Shown here piece after piece: positions 1 through 7,226 of a DNA stretch of 10,369 nt; the first letter of the stretch is position 1, and every line of letters starts with the position of its first letter. The DNA is from Chlamydiia bacterium (GTDB lineage Bacteria > Chlamydiota > Chlamydiia > Chlamydiales > JBMOFD01). Both the position numbers and the translations under genes were made by a program. The notes under the pieces are model-generated. The model made no database searches. It saw only the letters and a program-made list of their open reading frames with translations, and had not been told where the DNA came from. The stretch lies in the NCBI GenBank assembly GCA_049314435.1, contig JBMOFD010000067.1, forward strand, positions 1 to 10,369. The letters run 5' to 3'.

Positions 1-382
1 TTTATAAATCTTAGGATGTAAGGTCATAGCCAACCTCAAATTCCTTCTGAGACACATCCGCCGATATAGGTCAGAGTCCCTGGCGAGATGGGCAAAATCG
101 GAGAACCGACCGCTGGCTGGCGCCTAGATAGAGGGGTCAAGCAGCTGGCCGAGCTCTGTCTGTGCAATGTGCAGAGTGCGTTTGATAACCTACACAGCAT
201 GTAGGCTCGAAGCACCCGTCTGCATGCAATCTAGTGGCTGTTTTCTTTTGATCCAGTGTTGCTGATTGGCTTTGACTGATAGAGTGGCTCGGTCAATTCC
301 TTCTGGATAGCCTATCCCCATCGTGAAACCACCAGAGAGAGCGTCGTGCATAGGCTCATGACCGCTATCTAATGCAATACCT

Positions 383-408
383 CATCGCATCGATAAATCG
401 ATGCGATG
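383..408. promoter_or_regulatory. Perfect 12-bp inverted repeat, candidate operator upstream of the ATP-grasp operon
   Basis: CATCGCATCGAT (383-394), AA, ATCGATGCGATG (397-408) are exact reverse complements. The repeat ends 50 nt before the likely ATG at 459. The operator role is inferred. Confidence 0.45.
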
Positions 409-458
409 GGCTGCTATCGTGCTTCAAACTATTTGTTAAACAGAGATCTGTGATTGAA

Positions 459-1784
459 ATGAATAGAATAGTAATTCTAATTGTTGCTGCCTTTGGTGTA
501 ATCGGTTCTAGTTGGGTGAGTGCCCTCGAAGGGTCGCTTCCGACTGAGCAAGACGTGGTGTTGGTCATTGGATACAACAATACAAGGGTCAACGATGTCA
601 GAAAAATTCGTGGGATTGCCAAGGAACGCCTCAACGCAGCCACGGTGTTGTGCAAGAAGTCTCCAACGCAGGAGGATCGCCTAGCTGCGGATTTTGTGAT
701 CGATACCGATCTGTTTGCGGATGAGGCCCTCGTTGACAACGTGCTTAGGGAATGCGGCCAGCTGATGGTTCATCCAGTGGCCATTCTCCCTTTTTCTGAC
801 CAGGGCACTCAGCTTGGCGCATGCTTGGCCAATCGACTAGGGTTGCCAGGGGCCGATCCCCAACGCGTCCGTGCAGGTCTGGACAAGAGCACATTTCGCA
901 GAATGGAGCGGGAAGCGGAGTCACGTCCCTATGGATACCGACCGCTCTTTTCTACCGTCATTCACTCCAAAGAGGAATTGCTAGATGTCATCACGGCGCG
1001 TCCGAATGGCGTCTTCATGAAGCCCTGTCAGGAAGGCAATAACCGCGGCTGCACCGCTGTGCACAGCCTTGAGGAGTGTGATGGTGCGTGGGCGTTTGTG
1101 GAGGCTTACAAAAAGGGCGGGATCCTCATAGAGGAACTCGTGCTAGGGGCTCAGGAATACAGTTGTGACTGTAGCGGAAGTTCACGCTGGGTCACCGAAA
1201 AGGCGACCTCCTGCGGCGTTTCAGGCAAATATCGTGGAGAAATCCAGGCTATTATCCCGGCGCCTCTCAGTCCGGCTGAAACACAAGCTAGAGTAGCGGT
1301 GGGTCGGTTCATGGCGGATGTCTCCGGATATCGAGTTGGGGCCTACCACAATGAGATCTTTTATAAGAGCGAGGCTGAGGTCATGGCTGTGGAGCCAAAC
1401 CTGAGGCCAGCGGGCGGCCGATTCTGGGATATTGCTCAATTGGCCTTCGACAATTTCAATCCATGGGCAGAATGGATCGAAACGATGGCGGGCAGACGGA
1501 GTCCCCATGATGAAGGAGAGCTGGTCCGCAACTTCTACGCCGGAATGCGGTATGTCGCAGCGTCAGAGGACGGCCAGATTGCCGCGCTACCCTCAATCAG
1601 TCTACCTGAGCAGGTTGTTGAGCTAGTCTGGACCAAAAAAGTGGGTGACAGGGTGGTAGCTGATCAACGCGACAATTCGGACTTTGTTGGATTCATCATT
1701 GTGAAAGACAAGGACTATGAACGTGTCGACGCGATACTGAAAACGTGGACGCAGAAGCTGTCTGAAAACATTATATTAAAATAG
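459..1784 (+). CDS. ATP-grasp ligase, L-amino acid ligase-like, with N-terminal signal-peptide-like sequence
   Basis: ATP-grasp motifs: GLDKSTFR, FMKPCQEGNNRGC, ILIEELVLGAQEYS, YHNEI and VEPNLRPAGG (E-x-N-x-R). The C-terminal GDRV...NSDFVGFIIV segment resembles the L-amino-acid-ligase C-domain. Start placed at ATG 459 (MNRIVILIVAAFGVIGSSWVSA) rather than at the ORF-track start 372. Confidence 0.85.
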   Translation: MNRIVILIVAAFGVIGSSWVSALEGSLPTEQDVVLVIGYNNTRVNDVRKIRGIAKERLNAATVLCKKSPTQEDRLAADFVIDTDLFADEALVDNVLRECGQLMVHPVAILPFSDQGTQLGACLANRLGLPGADPQRVRAGLDKSTFRRMEREAESRPYGYRPLFSTVIHSKEELLDVITARPNGVFMKPCQEGNNRGCTAVHSLEECDGAWAFVEAYKKGGILIEELVLGAQEYSCDCSGSSRWVTEKATSCGVSGKYRGEIQAIIPAPLSPAETQARVAVGRFMADVSGYRVGAYHNEIFYKSEAEVMAVEPNLRPAGGRFWDIAQLAFDNFNPWAEWIETMAGRRSPHDEGELVRNFYAGMRYVAASEDGQIAALPSISLPEQVVELVWTKKVGDRVVADQRDNSDFVGFIIVKDKDYERVDAILKTWTQKLSENIILK

Positions 1785-1802
1785 AGCGGGTTTAGTAACG
1801 CC

Positions 1803-2879
1803 ATGTCTATGTTTAGACTTTTTATGGGGACCTTCATGGTTCCCGTCCTCACCGCTTTGCTCATCTGTCACGAAGCTCGTTCTGGGATTTTGGAATACAC
1901 CCTTGATCGGGCTGCAACCTATGCTTTCATCAAAAAGGTTGAGGAGTGTCCGTTGGACCCCTATGACCAGCCATTGGCCTATAAGGAATCGGCAAGGCAG
2001 TGGCTTCTAGAGGCCATGCCCCCGGGATTCGTCGAGATAGTCAAGGAACTGGACACTTCTGGCGAGAATGTCCTGCTGATCCACAATTTTCCGGTAGATG
2101 CCTATGTGCCTGCAACGCCCAGAAATGGAGCTAGGCCGCCCAAGGTCGAGCACGATGCATCCGGTCATCTTATTGAGAACCAGATGGCGAAGGGGTTCGT
2201 AAGCGAAGCTGCGCTGTTGGGTCTGTGTGGCCTTCTGGACTGTGATCCTGACTATGATGAAAGGGAGAAGGACGGCGTATTCATCAACCAGATCATCCCT
2301 GTCAATGCCGAGAAGTATAGGGGCCAGGAGTCTAGTTTTGGTTCGGACTTGGCCTTTTCCTGGCATACCGAGAACATCTATCAGATGCGACCCCTTAGGT
2401 TCTTCTCATTGCTCTGTCTAAGGTCGGACCCGAAGGTGGCAACTGGCGTGTTGTTCGTTGATGACATTCTTGAGGCGGCGCGTAGTCGCTATCCCAAACA
2501 ATTTGACCACTTGATGGAACAGATGAGACTGCCTCAGTTCGTGATGGCCACGGGAGGTAGCTTTGAAAACGCTCGGGTGGAAGCAGTCCTGCCTATTCTG
2601 GCTCAAGATGACAGGGGACAGATGGTATTTAGGCTGAACCTAAGCCCAGGAAGAATGAGGGGAGTCTCTTCTCAAGGGGACGAGGTGATTCGGATGCTTT
2701 CTGACACGATCCTCAGCGAGGAGTTTGCCAGAGAGCATACACACAGGATTGTGTTGCAAAACGGCGATTGTCTATTGCTCAACAACTGGAAGAGCATGCA
2801 CTCCAGGGACGCGTTCAAAATCGACCCCCTTAACTGGAGATGGCTCCAACGAATGTATTTCAAACGAAGTGCAATATAG
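1803..2879 (+). CDS. Fe(II)/2-oxoglutarate-dependent oxygenase, clavaminate synthase / AsnO / VioC-like (TauD/TfdA fold)
   Basis: Iron-ligand motif WHTE (H-x-E, 2364-2372), LLCLRSD, LQNGDCLLLNN, distal His in MHSRDAF, and terminal RWLQRMY with the 2OG-binding Arg. Lies 18 nt after the ATP-grasp stop. The first ~27 aa are hydrophobic. Confidence 0.88.
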   Translation: MSMFRLFMGTFMVPVLTALLICHEARSGILEYTLDRAATYAFIKKVEECPLDPYDQPLAYKESARQWLLEAMPPGFVEIVKELDTSGENVLLIHNFPVDAYVPATPRNGARPPKVEHDASGHLIENQMAKGFVSEAALLGLCGLLDCDPDYDEREKDGVFINQIIPVNAEKYRGQESSFGSDLAFSWHTENIYQMRPLRFFSLLCLRSDPKVATGVLFVDDILEAARSRYPKQFDHLMEQMRLPQFVMATGGSFENARVEAVLPILAQDDRGQMVFRLNLSPGRMRGVSSQGDEVIRMLSDTILSEEFAREHTHRIVLQNGDCLLLNNWKSMHSRDAFKIDPLNWRWLQRMYFKRSAI

Positions 2880-2885
2880 GAGTCT

Positions 2886-2928
2886 GGCCTATGGAGTGCC
2901 GCCTGCCGGCGGCACTCCATAGGCCTTT
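2886..2928. terminator. Perfect 18-bp hairpin between convergent genes, probable intrinsic terminator
   Basis: GGCCTATGGAGTGCCGCC (2886-2903), loop TGCC, GGCGGCACTCCATAGGCC (2908-2925), then TTT on +. Starts 6 nt after the oxygenase stop. Confidence 0.7.
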
Positions 2929-2974
2929 GAGAGTGTAGCCTGGCATTCTCAGCCAGATCTTGTTCTCGACCGGT

Positions 2975-3742
2975 TCAGTGTGCTGCTCGAACAAGGCTTC
3001 TTGCCAACACCTCGACGGTGTCGATCACTGGTCTGCCATCCGACAAGGGATAAGCCAGGTGAACCAACGGCAATTCCGTGCAGGCTAGGATGACCCCTTC
3101 TGTGAATCCGCTGTTGAGGATGACTTGTTTCAGAATATCGGCCTGTTCCTGACAAACCCTCCCGTTCGCAATCTCGCGGATGATGCCGGTGACTTTCGCC
3201 TGATCTGACTCGGATGGATATATACACTCAACACCCCGGCCCTCGTACAGCCCCATGTCAATGGTCTTTGGCGCGGACAGAATCAAGGCTTTACGGATCC
3301 CGCTGCTAAGCGCCTGATTGATGCTCTCGTGAATAAGATGGACGAACTCCACGCCTGAGAGATCGGGTAGGTGGCCGTGGAAGGAGTTGCAGGCCAATCC
3401 CACAACACCGGCCTGAGCCTGTTGTAGCTTCTTCACGCAATCAGCTAGATCAGACTGGATTTTGTCGGGATTGCCGCGAGCAAAGGGGTAGCTGATCAGA
3501 ACGATCTGAGGAAATTCGTTGTAGTCGTTGGAGTCATACTCTTTCTGGCAGACTCTCAGAATGGTTTGGTACAGATAGGCGCTAGCCATCGGACCGGCTC
3601 CCCCCACAATACCAATCGTTTTGCGGAAACGTTCACTACTCATTGGAGGGCTACCCTGGTTCTGACTATTGCTTGGAACATGACAACACCCATTTAGGAC
3701 GGCGCCAATGGTCAACAAGAGCAGATGGTACGTTTTGGTCAT
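2975..3742 (-). CDS. Aspartate/glutamate racemase family protein (PLP-independent, two-cysteine), with lipoprotein-signal-like N-terminus
   Basis: KTIGIVGGAGPMAS N-terminal motif, catalytic motifs LACNSFH and ILACTELPL, and terminal VIDTVEVLA. Start placed at ATG 3742; TTG 3754 and ATG 3643 are alternatives. Confidence 0.9.
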   Translation of the reverse strand: MTKTYHLLLLTIGAVLNGCCHVPSNSQNQGSPPMSSERFRKTIGIVGGAGPMASAYLYQTILRVCQKEYDSNDYNEFPQIVLISYPFARGNPDKIQSDLADCVKKLQQAQAGVVGLACNSFHGHLPDLSGVEFVHLIHESINQALSSGIRKALILSAPKTIDMGLYEGRGVECIYPSESDQAKVTGIIREIANGRVCQEQADILKQVILNSGFTEGVILACTELPLVHLAYPLSDGRPVIDTVEVLARSLVRAAH

Positions 3743-3846
3743 GGCGGAGCGCAATTCTTATGCCGGGATTCCCATTTGATTTCTTGCCGCCACCCTCCTA
3801 CTCTCCACCCGCTCCCAATCTCTATGCCCCCATACCTCCAGCCGTA

Positions 3847-3882
3847 TCAGTGGGGGTGGTCTCCTCAATGGGGGTGGTCTCC
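3847..3882. repeat. 18-nt tandem duplication, 17/18 identical
   Basis: TCAGTGGGGGTGGTCTCC (3847-3864) is followed directly by TCAATGGGGGTGGTCTCC (3865-3882). Confidence 0.85.
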
Positions 3883-4164
3883 GAATTGAATGGTATAACG
3901 AGCCTGTCTCTTATCGGCATCGATGTTGAAGGGGACTTGACCAAATAGCAAGACAGTGCCGAGAGGGAGTCTTCGTGACCCCGCTATGAGTTCATTGAGC
4001 TCATCTTTTTCGCGGTGCGAGAGGAGGGACCGTGAGTACGAGGATAGAAAGGCCTTACCATCGCGGGGTATTCCTCCTCGAGAAATCCGGACTGCCGCGG
4101 CTTGGCCTCGGAGGCCGAGATGTCCACGCCCACACCTTGCAATAATGCCACTCATAGAGATCAT
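3865..4164 (-). CDS. Hypothetical 99-aa protein
   Basis: ATG-started ORF filling the gap between the racemase and the photolyase, co-directional with the racemase. No recognisable motif. Competing + strand ORFs exist. Confidence 0.4.
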   Translation of the reverse strand: MISMSGIIARCGRGHLGLRGQAAAVRISRGGIPRDGKAFLSSYSRSLLSHREKDELNELIAGSRRLPLGTVLLFGQVPFNIDADKRQARYTIQFGDHPH

Positions 4165-4276
4165 GGGTTAGACTTTTGGAGGTCTCTAGGGAGGATTTGA
4201 CCAAATTCTGGGTTCGAAGAGATTACGGAGACGGCGTATCCTGCTGAGTATAGTGGGTAATGTGAGGATTGGGACC

Positions 4277-5695
4277 ATGGTTACCACCGTCTGCTGGTTT
4301 CAGAGCGACCTGCGTATGCAAGACCATTCTGCGCTGACAGAGGCGGCAGTAGCCGGGCATCATCTGGTGTGCTTATTCATATGGGATCCCGAGGCCGAGG
4401 GGGATTGGGCGCTAGGCCCGGCGCAGCGGGCATGGCTGGGGGAGTCGCTGAGAGCTTTAGCCGCCAGTCTTGAGGCACGGGGACAGAAGTTAATCGTACG
4501 ATCAGGGGACACAGCTCAGGTGGTCGCAGAGATTGTAGGTCGAGTCCAGGCTACTCAAGTCTTTGCTCAACGAAGGGTGGAGCCTTGGGCAATCGATCTC
4601 CACAATCGTGTGAAGAAGAGGCTGAAGTCTGGAGGATCCGAGCTTGTTCTCACGCAAGGTGACCTCCTATATGACCCGAAAGAGATAGTGTCTCGGAAGG
4701 GTGCTGAGATCAAGGTTTTCACACCTTTTTGGAATGCGTGCCGCAAGTATGGATCACCTCCCAGGCCAACCCGCATCCCCATCTTGCCGCCGCCGGCTCG
4801 TCTGCATTCAGAAGAGATACCTCTCTGTCTTTCGGAGGACCATGACTTGGGCAATAGATTCCGCGGCCTGTGGTCCCCTGGCGAAAAGGGGGCGCAAACG
4901 CGCTGGAGATGGTTTCTAAACGGGCCAATTAATGACTATGAGGAGGGTCGCGATCGGCCTGATGCCGATGCAACATCGAAGATCTCAGCATGGCTGCACT
5001 TTGGAGAGATCAGTCCGAGGCAGTTGTGGCATGACGTGCGGGATATGGCTCATCTGACCAAGGGGGCGGAAACGTATCTAAGGGAACTAGGTTGGCGGGA
5101 ATTTTCTCACCATATGTTGTTCCACTTTCCAGATACGCCGGAGAAGCCGCTGCGGCCCGAATTTGCTCGATTCCCTTGGTGCCACAACAAGAAATGGCTT
5201 CGGGCGTGGCAAGAGGGCGTAACGGGATATCCGCTAGTCGACGCGGGTATGCGACAGCTGTATCAGACAGGTTGGATGCACAACCGCGTGCGCATGAATA
5301 CGGCTAGCTTCCTCGTCAAACACCTTCGATTGCCCTGGCTGTGGGGCGCTAGGTGGTTCTGGGAGCGACTCGTGGACGCAGACCTGGCAAATAATACGAT
5401 GGGATGGCAGTGGTCTGCTGGATGCGGTGCCGACGCCGCGCCCTATTTCCGGATTTTTAATCCCGTGTTACAAGGCGAGAAGTTTGATCCTAACGGGGCC
5501 TATGTTAGAGAGTGGATTCCCGAACTTTCAGGACTGCCTTTGAAGTGGATACACCGCCCATGGGAGGCCCCGGAAGATGTACGAAGACAGGCGGGAGTTG
5601 TTCTAGGACAGAACTATCCTATGCCCATTGTGGAGCATTGCAAGGCGAGGCAACAGGCTCTTGATGCCTTTGCCTCATTGCGGGAATGTCGATGA
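4277..5695 (+). CDS. phr: Deoxyribodipyrimidine (CPD) photolyase, class III-like
   Basis: WFQSDLRMQDH, TSKISAWLHFGEISPR, LRELGWREF, GVTGYPLVDAGMRQLYQTGWMHNRVRM and DADLANNTMGWQWSAGCGADAAPYFRIFNP. The AGCGAD variant resembles class III enzymes. Asn four residues before the GWQW Trp is photolyase-type. GAGGA (4264-4268) precedes ATG 4277. Confidence 0.95.
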   Translation: MVTTVCWFQSDLRMQDHSALTEAAVAGHHLVCLFIWDPEAEGDWALGPAQRAWLGESLRALAASLEARGQKLIVRSGDTAQVVAEIVGRVQATQVFAQRRVEPWAIDLHNRVKKRLKSGGSELVLTQGDLLYDPKEIVSRKGAEIKVFTPFWNACRKYGSPPRPTRIPILPPPARLHSEEIPLCLSEDHDLGNRFRGLWSPGEKGAQTRWRWFLNGPINDYEEGRDRPDADATSKISAWLHFGEISPRQLWHDVRDMAHLTKGAETYLRELGWREFSHHMLFHFPDTPEKPLRPEFARFPWCHNKKWLRAWQEGVTGYPLVDAGMRQLYQTGWMHNRVRMNTASFLVKHLRLPWLWGARWFWERLVDADLANNTMGWQWSAGCGADAAPYFRIFNPVLQGEKFDPNGAYVREWIPELSGLPLKWIHRPWEAPEDVRRQAGVVLGQNYPMPIVEHCKARQQALDAFASLRECR

Positions 5696-6573
5696 GGATC
5701 GGCGTGACGGGTGCATCGGGCTGGATCGGAAGGGCCTTTCAGGTGGCAGCATATCAGCGGGGATGGACTGTCACTCCCATCGTTCGTAGTCCAATCCCTG
5801 GAGCCATTCTTTGGGACGCCAAAACCCAGTTTGCGGCACCCGAAGAGCTGGAAGGTTTCGACGCCATATTACACCTTGCAGGAGAGTCCATCTTTGGCAT
5901 ATGGACACCAGGAAAACGCCAGAGGATTTTTGATAGCCGGGTGCAGTCGACCGATCTTTTGTCTCGTGCCCTGGCAGCTTGTCGCAAGCCTCCATCTGTT
6001 CTGATCAGCGCTAGCGCAGTGGGATACTACGGAGATACGGGTGAGGAGCGAGTCAATGCGGAACATACATCTGGAAGGACGTTTCTGGCGCACGTTTGCC
6101 AGGCATGGGAGGCGGCTGCAGAGCCAGCTGCACAGGCCGGGATTCGAGTCTGTCATCCAAGGTTTGGAACTGTACTAGGGTTCGATGGGGGAGCCCTGCA
6201 GACGATGACTGGGTTAGCACGGTGTGGGTTAGGTGCAGTTTTAGGAAGCGGCGAACAGTGGTGGGCCTGGATATCCATCGAAGATCTGGTCGAGGCCCTT
6301 TGCTGGGCGATCGAAACGGCTTCGGTCCGTGGATCTTGGAACCTAGTAAGCCCTGAACCGAAGCGTCAAGCAGATTTTGCTAAAGAATTGGCCGCTGCTC
6401 TGCATCGTCCGTGCGTGTGGAGGATTCCCGGCCGAGTCATCCGCCTGGCAGCAGATGGGCTTGCCGACAGCCTTCTTCTGTGTAGCTGTCGAGCTGAGCC
6501 TGATCCGATGCTGTTGCGTGGGTTTAAGTGGAAGTTCCCTACCCTAGAGAAGGTGCTAGCAACCCGTAAGTAA
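5692..6573 (+). CDS. TIGR01777 family NAD(P)-dependent epimerase/oxidoreductase (YfcH-like)
   Basis: VTGASGWIG, HLAGESI, SRVQST, SASAVGYYG, FLAHVCQAWE, RFGTVLG, GSGEQWWAWISIED, NLVSPEP and GFKWKFPTL. ATGA overlap with the photolyase stop at 5692-5695 suggests translational coupling. Confidence 0.92.
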   Translation: MRIGVTGASGWIGRAFQVAAYQRGWTVTPIVRSPIPGAILWDAKTQFAAPEELEGFDAILHLAGESIFGIWTPGKRQRIFDSRVQSTDLLSRALAACRKPPSVLISASAVGYYGDTGEERVNAEHTSGRTFLAHVCQAWEAAAEPAAQAGIRVCHPRFGTVLGFDGGALQTMTGLARCGLGAVLGSGEQWWAWISIEDLVEALCWAIETASVRGSWNLVSPEPKRQADFAKELAAALHRPCVWRIPGRVIRLAADGLADSLLLCSCRAEPDPMLLRGFKWKFPTLEKVLATRK

Positions 6574-6693
6574 GGATCGGAGCCTTACTTCCCTGAGATT
6601 CTATGTATTTTTTCTTTCTTCCAATATACATGGATCTAAAGGGTCAGACTGGGGCCAGGTTGGTTCTAGTGGCTTTTAGCTTCCAGTGAGATT

Positions 6694-7179
6694 GTGTCGA
6701 TAAAAAATATAAAGCGCCCTGTGATGTGGGCTGTTGGACTTGTTTGTTTTTGGGGCCTAATTGCTATCGTCGGCATGTTGGCGACGGAATCTTCGGTGCA
6801 CTCCTGGTATAAAACAATCCCTAAATCCGATCTGACCCCAAGCAACGAGGTGTTTGCTCCCGTTTGGACGGTGCTGTACGTTTGTATTGGAACTGCTGGA
6901 TGGCTTCTGTCTCAAGCCGCGCCAGGAAAAGGTAGGCGATGGGCTCTTGTCGCTTATTTTGGTCAGGGGATTGCCAACGGCATCTGGTCTCCTCTTTTCT
7001 TCTACCTTCGATCCCCGGCTTGGGCGTGTCTCGATATTCTCATTCTAGTTGCACTCCTGGTCATCACGGTCCAGCTGTCTTGGAGAGTCTCTCGCTTGGC
7101 GAGTGTCTTGTTGCTGCCCTATCTCGGATGGACTCTATTTGCCAGCTATTTGAACGCCATAATTGTCATAAAATCGTGA
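6694..7179 (+). CDS. tspO: TspO/MBR family tryptophan-rich sensory protein
   Basis: WYKTIPKSDLTPSNEVFAPVWTVLY, NGIWSPLFF and LLLPYLGWTLFASYLN, with about five hydrophobic segments. Start is uncertain (GTG 6694, GTG 6721 or ATG 6724). Confidence 0.95.
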   Translation: MSIKNIKRPVMWAVGLVCFWGLIAIVGMLATESSVHSWYKTIPKSDLTPSNEVFAPVWTVLYVCIGTAGWLLSQAAPGKGRRWALVAYFGQGIANGIWSPLFFYLRSPAWACLDILILVALLVITVQLSWRVSRLASVLLLPYLGWTLFASYLNAIIVIKS

Positions 7180-7226
7180 ATTAGTACCCGATAGGCGATC
7201 ACCTCAGATCTCTGGTTGAAACCACG

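Noticed and set aside
88..204. 38-aa ATG ORF (MGKIGEPTAGWRLDRG...) on +
   Set aside because: Short, with no clear RBS and no recognisable motif, so it cannot be told apart from chance.
305..317. 6-bp palindrome GGATAG-C-CTATCC, and a 6-bp stem at 189-205
   Set aside because: Too short to be significant in a 10-kb window.
372..458. Longest-ORF start for the ATP-grasp gene
   Set aside because: The extension runs through the palindrome and an AT-rich leader, while ATG 459 exposes a clean signal-peptide-like N-terminus.
3643..4171. Plus-strand ORFs 3643-3948 and 3956-4171
   Set aside because: The first overlaps the racemase 5' end and owes its Pro-richness to the C-run tract. The second is antisense to 3865-4164. 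Neither has independent support, though they are not strictly excluded.
4277..5695. Plant-type cryptochrome call for the class III-like gene
   Set aside because: It has Asn rather than Asp at the FAD N5-proximal position and no C-terminal extension.
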